Position numbers and translations under genes: made by a program. Positions 47,593 to 57,884 of a DNA stretch of 64,000 nucleotides are shown piece by piece (position 1 is the stretch's first letter; the number at the start of each line of letters is the position of its first letter). The stretch is from Bacteroidota bacterium. GTDB taxonomy: Bacteria; Bacteroidota; Bacteroidia; Chitinophagales; BACL12. Under the pieces are notes generated by a model. That model saw only the letters and a program-made list of their open reading frames with translations, made no database searches and was not told the origin of the DNA. Location: positions 13,446-77,445 of the forward strand of contig JAKQVC010000147.1 of NCBI GenBank assembly GCA_029571985.1. The letters are read 5' to 3'.

Positions 47593-48834
47593 ATGAAGTT
47601 TACACTGCGCATTGCCTGGCGATATATCTATTCGAAAAAATCGACCAATGCAATCAATATCATTTCGGGCATTTCTATGACCGGAATTGTTATTGGTAGC
47701 GCTGCTTTAATTATTGTATTGTCAGCTTTTAATGGTTTCGAAAATCTTGTTCAACGACTGTATTCGAGTTTTTATCCGGATATTACCATAACACCAGCAA
47801 CAGGTAAAGTCTTTGTTCCGGATGCACACCTATTATCAGAAATCAGTAAGGTGGAGGGTGTTGTCAGTATTTCTCAATCACTGGAAGAAAATGCTCTTTT
47901 AGCTTATAATGAACAGGAACATATCGCCACTATAAAAGGTGTAGATACACTTTATAAGCAGGTAACGGCGGTGGATGATTCTGTTTTTTATGGTAAGTAC
48001 ATGTTGGAATATCACTACCTATCCCAACATATCGACTGCGCCGTACTAGGGTCAGGTGTCGCATCCACGCTGAATGTGAGCCTCGGGCTGGATTATCCAC
48101 CCATTCAAATATTTATGCCTAAACGCGGAACTAAAGGCATTAGTGATCCCCGAAACACCTTTACGCTGCGCAGTGTGCAGCCGACAGGTGTGTTTAGAAT
48201 TCAGCAGGAATTTGATAGTAAATACATGTTGGTTACGCTTCCTTTTTTGCAGGAAATGCTCGCCTATACCGAAGGTGAAATCAGCAGCCTTGAATTACAT
48301 GTGGAAGGCAGGCCTGTTGACGCCGTGATGAAGGACATTGAAGCCTTAACAGGAGAAACGCTTGTAGTAAAAAACCGTTTCATGCAAAACGAATTTCTCT
48401 ACAAGGTCATGCGAACTGAAAAATGGGCCGTGTATTTTATCCTTACGTTTATTTTTATCATTGCTGCCTTTAATATGATTGGCGCTATTGCCATGCTCGT
48501 TATTGATAAGAAAAAAGATATCGGCATTTTACGGTCACTTGGCGCAACAGAAAGATCTATCCGGAATATCTTTTTTGTGCAGGGTATTCTGCAAACCGGA
48601 GTGAGCATTGCCATTGGTTTTACAATCGCTACTCTTTTATGTGTATTGCAAATGCAGTTTGGACTTGTCACCATACCGGGAACCGGCTCATTTGTGGTTA
48701 CCGCTTATCCGATTGCATTAGAATGGCGGGATTATGTAAGCGTATTTTTAACCGTATTTTGCGTAGGCTCCATCGCATCCTGGTTTCCCGCTTATATGGC
48801 CGCGCGGCAAAAATGGTTATTCAAAGTGGAATAA
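47593..48834 (+). CDS. FtsX-like ABC transporter permease (LolC/E family)
   Basis: N-terminal TM, a large periplasmic loop, and a C-terminal FtsX domain with three TMs (DIGILRSLGAT motif). Confidence 0.8.
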   Translation: MKFTLRIAWRYIYSKKSTNAINIISGISMTGIVIGSAALIIVLSAFNGFENLVQRLYSSFYPDITITPATGKVFVPDAHLLSEISKVEGVVSISQSLEENALLAYNEQEHIATIKGVDTLYKQVTAVDDSVFYGKYMLEYHYLSQHIDCAVLGSGVASTLNVSLGLDYPPIQIFMPKRGTKGISDPRNTFTLRSVQPTGVFRIQQEFDSKYMLVTLPFLQEMLAYTEGEISSLELHVEGRPVDAVMKDIEALTGETLVVKNRFMQNEFLYKVMRTEKWAVYFILTFIFIIAAFNMIGAIAMLVIDKKKDIGILRSLGATERSIRNIFFVQGILQTGVSIAIGFTIATLLCVLQMQFGLVTIPGTGSFVVTAYPIALEWRDYVSVFLTVFCVGSIASWFPAYMAARQKWLFKVE

Positions 48835-48884
48835 ATTATAAAGCAACCGAAGGCGGATGGTTAAATCCAAATAAACGCGGCCTT

Positions 48885-49652
48885 TTAGTTGCCAAACTCG
48901 TTTTCTTCGAGACTCTTCAACTCTTTTTTTCTGCGGGCATTCGCCTTCATGCGCAAATTCAGCATTTCAACAACAACACTGAATCCCATTGCCGTGTAGA
49001 TATAGCCTTTTTCAACATGTCCGCCACTTCCTTCAATTAATAACGAAACGCCAATCATCACCAAAAAGGCAAGCGCAAGCATTTTAACCGTTGGATGTTT
49101 TTGCACGAAATTGGAAATTGGGTCTGCAGCAAAAAGCATGATACCTACCGCTATAATCACTGCCAAAATCATAATAATAACTTTATCGGCATCCACCATA
49201 CCAACGGCTGTAATCACCGAGTCGAGTGAGAAAACAATATCCAGCAATAAGATTTGGCCAACTACACTCATAAATGAAGGCATTTTACCGCCTGTAGTGC
49301 CGCCGTGTTCGTCACCTTCCACTTTTCCATGTATTTCCACGGTTGCCTTATAAATCAGGAATAAACCTCCGGAAAGCAGCACCAAATCGCGTCCTGAGAT
49401 GCCCATGCTGCCAACATGGAATAAATCTGCCTCTAAACCTAAAATCCAGCTGATGGACAATAACAATAGTATCCGGGTGCCCATGGCAAGCCCTAAACCC
49501 CAGCGTCGGGCCTTTTTTTGCTGGTGGGAAGGGAGTTTGGTGCTTAAAATGCTGATGAAAATGATATTGTCTATCCCTAAAACAATCTCTAATATGGTTA
49601 GCGTAAGAAGTGCTATCCACGCATCAGCCGTTGCAAATATCGAAAAGTCCAT
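48885..49652 (-). CDS. TerC family integral membrane protein
   Basis: LEIVLGIDNIIFISI and LLLDIVFSLDSVITAVG repeats characteristic of TerC. Start chosen at MDFSIF. Confidence 0.8.
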   Translation of the reverse strand: MDFSIFATADAWIALLTLTILEIVLGIDNIIFISILSTKLPSHQQKKARRWGLGLAMGTRILLLLSISWILGLEADLFHVGSMGISGRDLVLLSGGLFLIYKATVEIHGKVEGDEHGGTTGGKMPSFMSVVGQILLLDIVFSLDSVITAVGMVDADKVIIMILAVIIAVGIMLFAADPISNFVQKHPTVKMLALAFLVMIGVSLLIEGSGGHVEKGYIYTAMGFSVVVEMLNLRMKANARRKKELKSLEENEFGN

Positions 49653-49830
49653 GTTTCCCGTTTGGCTGCAAAACTGCCATGAAAATTCAGCAATTGCAAG
49701 CACAAGTCATTTTGTGTTAACCTGAATATGTCTAATTTTAGACGCACCGGACACCAAAATATGCGATTATCGAGCCCAAATCTTTTGATTGCGGCCTGTT
49801 TTCGCCCCTTATGCCTGTCCGGGAACTCAT

Positions 49831-50838
49831 ATGACCAGGAAATACTTTTTTCGCAGCCCGTTTTTTAAGATATATCTGGCCTTTTTCCTGATGCTTTCTA
49901 CCGTCATTATCGGGGTTATCGGATATGTTGTGCTGGAAGGATACTCGGCCTTGGAAGCCCTGTACATGACTACCATAACCATGGCTACAGTCGGGTTTAC
50001 CGAAGTGCAGCCCCTGGATACCGCCGGCCGCATATTTACTATCTTTTTGATTTTAGCAGGACTGGTCAATTTTACTTATTTCATTACTCAGGTATCCCGC
50101 TATTTTCTGGATGGTGAGTTTATTATGTACTATAAAAAATTCCGCATGGAAAAGGATATTCACAAACTCAGCAAGCATGTCATTATTTGCGGTTTCGGCC
50201 GAAATGGTAAAGAAGCTGCACGTGTGCTGCTGAAAAACAAAATCGATATCGTCGTTATCGAACTTGACGAACATAAAATTGCCGACTTTGAACCGGAAGC
50301 AGGCTTTCACCATTTACACGCCGATGGCACCCGCGATGAGGTGTTGCTGGATGCCAATATTGGGCAGGCAGCAGCAATTATCACTACTTTACCCGACGAT
50401 GCGCAAAATGTATTCGTTTGTCTGACAGCGAAAGATCTCAATAGCCAGCTAAAAATTATTGCCAGAGCCACCCATGTAAGTTCGGTCAGGAAATTGAAAA
50501 ATGCCGGTGCAACTAAGGTAATCATGCCTGATAAAATCGGAGGCACACATATGGCTATGCTGGTCACCAATTCGGATATCGAAGAGCTGATTGAAATAAT
50601 GGCAACCCATGCTCAGGATGATTTTTCTATTCAGGAGTTAATCGCTTCCAAAACCATAACACTCGGCGAAGCTGATTGCTGGCGCGTATCCGGTGCCACC
50701 GTTATTGGTATTAAATCGGCTACTGACCAGTATATCCTGAATCCATCTTTAGATACTTGCGTTAAACCGGGCGACGGCGTCATACTGATGGGTTCTTACC
50801 ATCAAATTCAGGAAGCAAAACGACTTTTTACAATATGA
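49831..50838 (+). CDS. two-TM ion channel with RCK (TrkA-N/TrkA-C) domains and a non-canonical pore signature
   Basis: Pore helix plus TMATVGFTEV where K+ channels have TVGYGD. VIICGFGRNGKEAA Rossmann motif and a C-terminal TrkA-C-like segment. ATG at 49831. Confidence 0.75.
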   Translation: MTRKYFFRSPFFKIYLAFFLMLSTVIIGVIGYVVLEGYSALEALYMTTITMATVGFTEVQPLDTAGRIFTIFLILAGLVNFTYFITQVSRYFLDGEFIMYYKKFRMEKDIHKLSKHVIICGFGRNGKEAARVLLKNKIDIVVIELDEHKIADFEPEAGFHHLHADGTRDEVLLDANIGQAAAIITTLPDDAQNVFVCLTAKDLNSQLKIIARATHVSSVRKLKNAGATKVIMPDKIGGTHMAMLVTNSDIEELIEIMATHAQDDFSIQELIASKTITLGEADCWRVSGATVIGIKSATDQYILNPSLDTCVKPGDGVILMGSYHQIQEAKRLFTI

Positions 50839-51296
50839 ATATGGTACATGATTTTCAAACTCTGTATGAGAAATACCTGAATCAGGTAATTGCTGAAATC
50901 CAACAGTTTTCAAACAATGAACAGCTTTGGCAAACCGTACCGGGTGTGATTAACACCGGGGGTAACCTGGCCTTACATCTCGCAGGTAATCTCCAAACCT
51001 TTATCGGGGCTGTGCTCGGCAATTCAGGATATGTACGTAACAGGGATGCCGAATTTGCTACAAAAGGCCTCTCTATACAAGAAGTTTGCCAGATACTCGA
51101 TGCAGCCAAAGCAGAAGTTTTATCCGCTTTGGAAAAAATAACCGACGCGCATTTGCAGACTGCCTATCCGATAGATAAATTTGGAGCTGAAAAAACAACC
51201 GGTTATGTCTTGTTATACCTGCTTGGCCATTTGAACTACCACCTTGGTCAAATAAATTATATCAGACGTATCCTATCTCAATCTACTAACAGGTAA
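50835..51296 (+). CDS. DinB superfamily protein
   Basis: 153-aa four-helix pattern with His triad candidates (LALHLAGN, LLGHLNYHLGQ). ATGA overlap with the upstream gene. Confidence 0.6.
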   Translation: MNMVHDFQTLYEKYLNQVIAEIQQFSNNEQLWQTVPGVINTGGNLALHLAGNLQTFIGAVLGNSGYVRNRDAEFATKGLSIQEVCQILDAAKAEVLSALEKITDAHLQTAYPIDKFGAEKTTGYVLLYLLGHLNYHLGQINYIRRILSQSTNR

Positions 51297-51303
51297 TGAT
51301 ATC

Positions 51304-52251
51304 ATGCAACAAGTAGTACTCGGAATTGATATTGGCGGAACAGGTATAAAATTCGGACTCGTTAACCAAAATGGTGAAATTTTAGTTACGGATAAAGTAA
51401 AAACTAAAGGTTATCCTAACCCGGAGAAATTACCCGAAGATTTATTTAAATGGTCGCAACAGCAATGTGCGCAACTCGATGTGCAATTAGCAGGTGTCGG
51501 CATTGGAACACCAAATGGTAATTATTACAAAGGCACAATCGATTTTGCACCAAACCTCCCCTGGAAAGGTGTTATCCCGCTGAAAGCCTATTTTGAAAAA
51601 ACATTTAACCTGCCGGTAGCCTTAACCAATGATGCAAAAGCCGCCGCAATCGGCGAAATGTTTTTTGGCGCAGCAAAAGGTATGAAAGATTTTATCTTCA
51701 TCACCCTCGGCACCGGATTGGGAAGCGGAATTGTGGTGAATGGAAACATAGCCTATGGATTCGATAGTCTGGCTGGCGAAGTTGGTCATACTATTGTGTA
51801 CAGAAACGGGCGTGAATGCCCATGCGGACGAAGAGGTTGTCTCGAACAATACGTAAGCGCACCGGGTATCGTGAAAACGTATTATGAAATTCTTCGCAAG
51901 AAAAATCTGGATGATTTTCGCACCAGCATCGGCAATATGATTGATAGCGCCGAATTATTTAAACGCGCTAACGAAGGCGATGACCTGGCAAAAGAAGCAT
52001 TTCAAATTACCGGAGAAATTTTAGGCTTTGCATTGTCAAATGCAGTTTGCTTTACTCGTCCTGAAAAAATATTTTTATTTGGCGGCCTCGCACAGGCAGG
52101 TGATATTTTATTTGAGCCAACTATTAAAAGCTTCGAATCGTATTTACTCCCTATTTACAAAAATAAAATTCCGATCATTCCAAGTGGATTAAAAGAAAGT
52201 GAAGCCGCCATTCTCGGCAGTGCATCACTGATAATGAAGGAAATAGCCTGA
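51304..52251 (+). CDS. ROK family sugar kinase (glucokinase-like)
   Basis: LGIDIGGTGIKFG ATP motif, GEVGH, and zinc motif CPCGRRGCLE. Confidence 0.85.
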   Translation: MQQVVLGIDIGGTGIKFGLVNQNGEILVTDKVKTKGYPNPEKLPEDLFKWSQQQCAQLDVQLAGVGIGTPNGNYYKGTIDFAPNLPWKGVIPLKAYFEKTFNLPVALTNDAKAAAIGEMFFGAAKGMKDFIFITLGTGLGSGIVVNGNIAYGFDSLAGEVGHTIVYRNGRECPCGRRGCLEQYVSAPGIVKTYYEILRKKNLDDFRTSIGNMIDSAELFKRANEGDDLAKEAFQITGEILGFALSNAVCFTRPEKIFLFGGLAQAGDILFEPTIKSFESYLLPIYKNKIPIIPSGLKESEAAILGSASLIMKEIA

Positions 52252-52378
52252 AACGTAAACCCGTTATTATGTACAGCAATAAACGGGATTGTGTATCAAC
52301 CACAAAATTAAAACTGCCTGATGTGTAAGTTTGGTGAACTTTCCATCAGGCAGCTATTACAAACAGAATACTTAAGGG

Positions 52379-53620
52379 TTATAATCGAATAAGGTGTTTG
52401 GTAATCTGCTGGTTGTCGTATTGCAACTGCATCATATACATACCGGCCGGCACACCGCTAATATCAATTTCCTGAACACTGGTGCCACTCAATTGTAGTG
52501 CACCCTGAACATTAAACAATCGGTAAGAAAAAACGCGACCGCTTTCAGTATCTGATACAACAGATATTTGATTGCCTTCAACCGGGTTTGGATAAACACG
52601 TACATCAGACTCCGCAATTGATTCCTCTACATCAGAATAATCCTGATCCAAAAACCAGTAGGCCGCTGTAGCATCTGTACTAAAGAATTCAAATAATTCC
52701 TGACCAAATTTATACTCTCCCTGACCGGATAAGTGTAAGCCATCATCTGCAACATCTAAGTCGCAATCTAAAAATAATCCGTCTTCGCGAGGATTACTGC
52801 CGTCTGTCCAATGGTAACTCCCCCAGGTAATGAAAGGAATATTTGCGGAAGGTCCTTCTGTTTGAAAACCCGGAGCACCATTAATCACTTTTTCAACCAG
52901 AAACTTAACCGCCCAGCCATTAAAGTAATCTCTTGGATATAATAACCCATGGCCTAAATCAAATTCTTCCGGATCAGCATAACCGGCGTAAGCCCGAGCT
53001 GTTACATAACAAATCTGCACATGCGGAAATATTTCGTGAATTACCTGAAGCAATAATTTATAATCATTTACAAGAGAGTTGGGTGCAGCAGGAAAAACAG
53101 TGTCAGTGTTGAGTGTATTCTCTTGCTCTATCCAAATCACTTGTACCTGGTTTACACTAAATCCTGAATCCGCAAGTGCGCCTAATGCAAGGTCCCAATA
53201 CACTTCATCTAAAGTATTCATTTTTTGAATACCTATCCCGCCTTCACATCCATTTACAAACGACAATTTATTATTTACAGGTTCGTATACAACGGCTGTA
53301 TTCACGAAACGCTGAAATTCTGTCGCCGGATTACTTGCACCTATGCTCATCATCACCACACGCCCGTTAGGATCGGGATCACCATACGCATTTAATGGTT
53401 GAATTTGCGATACTCTTTCTATACAAGCTGCAAGATGATCTGCCGGTCGCTCATTACTGCCTCCCGGATATAATCCGCCCTGCATGCCATGATAAGTATC
53501 AGGCCCCAGGTCAGGTAATGGAATTAATCCTAAATGGTCGTGTGAACAATCTTTTTGTGCAAATAAAGACACTGCGTGTATAACAACACACAGAATAGTC
53601 GTGGTTACAGGCTTAAACAT
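52379..53620 (-). CDS. hypothetical T9SS type A cargo protein
   Basis: 413 aa with signal peptide ..SLFAQ. C-terminus VRVYPNPVEGNQISV...GMYMMQL. I do not recognise the catalytic domain. Confidence 0.6.
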   Translation of the reverse strand: MFKPVTTTILCVVIHAVSLFAQKDCSHDHLGLIPLPDLGPDTYHGMQGGLYPGGSNERPADHLAACIERVSQIQPLNAYGDPDPNGRVVMMSIGASNPATEFQRFVNTAVVYEPVNNKLSFVNGCEGGIGIQKMNTLDEVYWDLALGALADSGFSVNQVQVIWIEQENTLNTDTVFPAAPNSLVNDYKLLLQVIHEIFPHVQICYVTARAYAGYADPEEFDLGHGLLYPRDYFNGWAVKFLVEKVINGAPGFQTEGPSANIPFITWGSYHWTDGSNPREDGLFLDCDLDVADDGLHLSGQGEYKFGQELFEFFSTDATAAYWFLDQDYSDVEESIAESDVRVYPNPVEGNQISVVSDTESGRVFSYRLFNVQGALQLSGTSVQEIDISGVPAGMYMMQLQYDNQQITKHLIRL

Positions 53621-53827
53621 TCCTAATGTAGATTTGACGGGTTATCGTGTGTAGCCGTCAGAGGAGTAATACTGATGTAAATGTATACAATTAATATGCT
53701 ACAAGTACAAAGCCTTGTTGGCATGGTGTCTTGCAGCTACCGGGATTTTCGTTTTTAAGGGCGCATGGGGAATTTTTCCCCAAACTGCTCCATAATAGGG
53801 CAATCAGGTTTTATGTAACTTCAACGC

Positions 53828-56806
53828 ATGAAATATGTGTTATTCGTATGGTTGTTTGGCCTGTGTACCGCGCAGGCTCAGAATCTAACGCAATATGTAA
53901 ATCCATTTATCGGTACAGGTGGTCATGGTCATACATGGCCGGGTGCTACATTGCCTTTTGGTGCAGTGCAATTAAGCCCGGATACCAGGGATGATGGTTA
54001 CAACGACTGGGATGGTTGTGGTGGCTATCACTACAGTGATTCTATTATTTACGGATTTTCCCACACCCACCTGAGTGGTACCGGTGTGGCAGATTATTGC
54101 GATATCCTGTTGATGCCCGGTACCGGTCCTGTGCAATTGAATAGTAAAGTAAATGGTGATGTGAAGGCTGGTTATGCCTCTTATTTTCAACATAGTAACG
54201 AAACGGCACGCCCCGGATATTACAGCGTGTTTTTGGAAGATGATAGCATTTATGCGCAATTAACAGCTACTACCCGAACAGGTATGCATGCCTATACGTT
54301 TCCCGCGCAAACTGAAAAATATATTTTACTTGATTTAACGCACCGGGATAAATTGCTAGAAGGCAGTTATATTGAAATTGTTTCTCCTACAAAAATTCAG
54401 GGCCTGCGTCGTTCCTCCTCATGGGCGAGAGATCAATGGGTGTATTTTGCTATTGAATTTTCGGAACCGTTTTATTTAGGCGGTATCGACGATAATGGAA
54501 AAAAATCTCAGACAGTGAGTGCCCTGTTTGAACCCACCATTGTAAGTAGCGCCGAGTTAAAAGCGTATTTCAAATTTAAATCAACGGCGCCGGAAACTAT
54601 TATGGTAAAATGCGCCATTTCATCGGTCAATTGTGCCGGTGCCTGGGCAAATATGCAGGCAGAAAACCCGGGCTGGGATTTTAAAGCGACGATGCAACAG
54701 GCAAATGATGTATGGAATAAAGCTTTAAATAAAATTCAGGTGTATGATACGGATATGGCAAAACGTAGCCTGACTGCTCCTGATAATTCGCTGGTGATTT
54801 TTTATACGGCTTTGTATCATTGCATGATTGCGCCAAATATTTTTGAGGATGTAGATGGCCGCTATCGCGGGATGGACGGACAAATACATCGGCCGCAACC
54901 GCATACCCAATATACGGTGTTCTCACTTTGGGATACTTTTCGCGGATTACATCCACTGCTTACCATAATTGAACCTGAGCGCACCGGAGATTTTATTCAA
55001 ACTTTTTTACAACAATATCAGGAAGGCGGCAGATTACCCGTGTGGGAACTGAGCGGTAACGAAACGGAATGTATGATAGGCTATCATGCCGTGAGTGTTA
55101 TTGCTGATGCAGCTGCAAAAGGTATTAAAGGGTTTGATACAAAATTGGCACTCGAGGCTATGTTACATAGCGCAAACGACACAATCTTTGGTCTGGTACC
55201 TTATCGCGAAAAAGGATTTATTGAAAGCAACGAAGAACCTGAATCTGTTTCCAGAACCTTGGAATATGCATACGATGACTGGTGTATCGGCGCCTTTGCC
55301 GATGCAATCGGGAATAAACAGGTTGCCAATGAAATGTATGCACGCGGATTTAATTTTATACACCTGATTAATGAAAATGGATTTGTTCAGCCGCGCACTA
55401 ACGGAGGATGGTATACACCATTTGACCCATATGAAGTAAACTTTAATTTCACCGAAGCAAATAGCTGGCAATACGCATTTTTCTATCCGCAGTATTTACC
55501 GTATATCGAAACTACAGAAGAAAAAAAGCAACTGGAAAATAGATTGGATGCATTATTTCAGGCTACTGCAAAAACTTCCGGTCGCGAACAGGCAGATATA
55601 ACAGGCTTAATTGGACAATATGCGCATGGAAACGAACCTAGCCATCATATAGCCTACTTATATAATTACACAGATGCTCCGGCCAAATCTCAGCAACTGG
55701 TGCGCACAATTATGCATGATTTTTATCAGAATGCACCGGATGGATTAATCGGAAACGAAGATTGCGGACAAATGAGTGCCTGGTATGTATTAAGTGCAAT
55801 GGGTATCTATCCTGTTTGTCCCGGAAAACCGGAATACGATATCGTAGCTCCACTGTTTGATTCAGTACAAATACAAACGGGTGCGGATGTATTTACGATA
55901 GCACAATTGAAACATGCCAAAGGGCTAAATGCCGAAAACACAAACGTGAGTATTATTGAATTAAATAAGGAACGACAACCGCGATTAAAACTCAACCATG
56001 CAGATATTGTTGCAGGAGGTACAATGCTTGTACATACCTATCCGATAACAGAGGTGAGCTATATGGTTAATCCAACCCGTGAAGCACCTGGATTACCAAT
56101 GCCTGAAAAAGCACCGATTATTTCTGCAAGCAGCGCTACGTTCACTAAATCATTATCAATATCCATGCAAGCTGAACCGCATCAAAAACTCATGTATCAA
56201 ATTAATGTAGGTCCGCTTGTGCCATACACAGGGCCGTTTGATATTATAGCAACAAGCACCGTTGCTGCATATGCCATTAACGAAAAAACGCAAATAAAAA
56301 GTCCTACAGTCAAAGGCACCTTCGTCAAAATCCCACAACACTTTTCTGTGCAATACATCACAAATTATAATAATCAATATACCGGTGGCGGAGCACATGC
56401 TTTAGTGGATGGTTTACACGGCGGAACCGATTTTCGTACCGGCATGTGGCAAGGCTGGTGGGGAGAAAATATGGTGTTGTTGGTTGACTTAGGTAAGTCA
56501 ACCGTAATTGATACCGTTGGTGGTGAATTTTTACAAGATATCAGAAGCTGGATTTGGATGCCTGGCTCTGTTCAGGTTGAAGTATCTGCAGATGGAAAAA
56601 ACTTCACGCTGCTCACCACCATTCAAAATACAGTTCCCGGCGATAATTATGATAGTAAGGAAATTAAAACATTCCTGCAGCAGGTTCCACCAACTGAAGC
56701 ACGGTATGTCAAATTTACAGCAGTCAATGCCGGCCCCGTTCCCGACTGGCATCCCGGAAAAGGTGGAAAATCATGGGTGTTCTGTGATGAAATTTGGGTG
56801 AAATAA
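53828..56806 (+). CDS. GH92 family alpha-mannosidase with C-terminal discoidin (F5/8 type C)-like domain
   Basis: NPFIGTGGHGHTWPGATLPFGAVQLSPDT N-terminal GH92 signature, GNEDCGQMSAWYV, and a C-terminal ~150 aa with ARYVKF...WVFCDEIWV. Confidence 0.88.
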   Translation: MKYVLFVWLFGLCTAQAQNLTQYVNPFIGTGGHGHTWPGATLPFGAVQLSPDTRDDGYNDWDGCGGYHYSDSIIYGFSHTHLSGTGVADYCDILLMPGTGPVQLNSKVNGDVKAGYASYFQHSNETARPGYYSVFLEDDSIYAQLTATTRTGMHAYTFPAQTEKYILLDLTHRDKLLEGSYIEIVSPTKIQGLRRSSSWARDQWVYFAIEFSEPFYLGGIDDNGKKSQTVSALFEPTIVSSAELKAYFKFKSTAPETIMVKCAISSVNCAGAWANMQAENPGWDFKATMQQANDVWNKALNKIQVYDTDMAKRSLTAPDNSLVIFYTALYHCMIAPNIFEDVDGRYRGMDGQIHRPQPHTQYTVFSLWDTFRGLHPLLTIIEPERTGDFIQTFLQQYQEGGRLPVWELSGNETECMIGYHAVSVIADAAAKGIKGFDTKLALEAMLHSANDTIFGLVPYREKGFIESNEEPESVSRTLEYAYDDWCIGAFADAIGNKQVANEMYARGFNFIHLINENGFVQPRTNGGWYTPFDPYEVNFNFTEANSWQYAFFYPQYLPYIETTEEKKQLENRLDALFQATAKTSGREQADITGLIGQYAHGNEPSHHIAYLYNYTDAPAKSQQLVRTIMHDFYQNAPDGLIGNEDCGQMSAWYVLSAMGIYPVCPGKPEYDIVAPLFDSVQIQTGADVFTIAQLKHAKGLNAENTNVSIIELNKERQPRLKLNHADIVAGGTMLVHTYPITEVSYMVNPTREAPGLPMPEKAPIISASSATFTKSLSISMQAEPHQKLMYQINVGPLVPYTGPFDIIATSTVAAYAINEKTQIKSPTVKGTFVKIPQHFSVQYITNYNNQYTGGGAHALVDGLHGGTDFRTGMWQGWWGENMVLLVDLGKSTVIDTVGGEFLQDIRSWIWMPGSVQVEVSADGKNFTLLTTIQNTVPGDNYDSKEIKTFLQQVPPTEARYVKFTAVNAGPVPDWHPGKGGKSWVFCDEIWVK

Positions 56807-56860
56807 TAGGTGTTTCACCACTTGTTGCGCAGGATGACCTGAAAAAAGCGCAATGGTTTC

Positions 56861-56897
56861 AAAAAAAAAATAGCTGCCCGAACAGGCAGCTATTTTT
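56861..56897. terminator. bidirectional rho-independent terminator (GH92 / tsf)
   Basis: An A10 run, then TAGCTGCC-cgaaca-GGCAGCTA, then TTTTTAT. Confidence 0.75.
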
Positions 56898-56953
56898 ATG
56901 TAGGTTAAGGTATTACATTTCAGATGCAAATCATCTGTGTAACACCGGTTTAA

Positions 56954-57790
56954 TTAAGCACCTAATGCCACGCGTTTGAAGGCAGAAACAGTAAGGTCTT
57001 TTTCTACTCCGGCCAATACATCACGAATGGTTTTAGAGTTGTCCTTTACAAATTTCTGATTCAATAAAGTTGCATCTTTATAATACGCTTCTAATTTACC
57101 GATAGCAATTTTATCCAGAATGTTTTCCGGTTTGCCTTCTGCACGAGCCTGCTCGCGACCAATTTCCATTTCGCGTGTTTTTACTTCTTCAGGAACATCG
57201 TTTTTGTCGATAGCAATTGGCGACATAGCTGCAATTTGCATGGTAATATCTCTTCCGGCAGCTTCAATAGCTTCACCTTTTTTATTGAGGGCAACTAATG
57301 CACCAACTTTACCGTTTGAGTGATTGTAGCTTACAACCTGCTCGCCGCGGATAAGTGCATAATCAGTAATCTCAATTTTCTCACCGATTTTACCTACTTG
57401 TTCTGCAATTTTTTCGGCAATAGAAATGCCATCAATTGGTAAAGCAAGTAATTCTTCCCGAGTGGCAGGCGTATTAGCCATAGCAATAGCAGAAATCGCT
57501 TTTGCAAAATTTACATAATCTTCGTTTTTAGCAACAAAGTCTGTTTCGCAACCTAATCCGAAAATAGTACCAAAGGATGCATCGGCAGATACAGCCGAAA
57601 TAACTACACCTTCGTTTGTTTCACGGTCGGCACGTTTCTCGCTTACTTTCTGACCTTTTTTGCGGAGATAATCAATTGCGGCATCAAAATCACCACCTGT
57701 TTCGGTAAGTGCTTTTTTACAATCCATCATACCTGCACCTGTAATCTGGCGCAGTTTGTTTACGTCGCTTGCGCTGATAGTAACTGACAT
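56954..57790 (-). CDS. tsf: elongation factor Ts
   Basis: LRQITGAGMMDCKKAL UBA-like N-terminus. 278 aa. Confidence 0.95.
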   Translation of the reverse strand: MSVTISASDVNKLRQITGAGMMDCKKALTETGGDFDAAIDYLRKKGQKVSEKRADRETNEGVVISAVSADASFGTIFGLGCETDFVAKNEDYVNFAKAISAIAMANTPATREELLALPIDGISIAEKIAEQVGKIGEKIEITDYALIRGEQVVSYNHSNGKVGALVALNKKGEAIEAAGRDITMQIAAMSPIAIDKNDVPEEVKTREMEIGREQARAEGKPENILDKIAIGKLEAYYKDATLLNQKFVKDNSKTIRDVLAGVEKDLTVSAFKRVALGA

Positions 57791-57822
57791 AAATTTATTT
57801 TTATTGGTTTCGTTATTGACTT

Positions 57823-57855
57823 AAAAAAACCCTTCCGCCAGTGGGTGGAAGGGTT
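57823..57855 (-). terminator. intercistronic hairpin/attenuator between rpsB and tsf
   Basis: On the minus strand, CCCTTCC-acccactggc-GGAAGGG is followed by a T7 run. An rpsB-tsf internal terminator is known in E. coli. Confidence 0.55.
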
Positions 57856-57884
57856 CGATAATTGTATGTAACCCTTACGGGCGT

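Noticed and set aside
49653-49790. Expected a yybP-ykoY (Mn2+) riboswitch upstream of the TerC-family gene
   Set aside because: I read the minus-strand leader and found none of the conserved riboswitch core sequences (for example GGAGAGTAG or the conserved distal stem). This is not excluded without a covariance-model scan.
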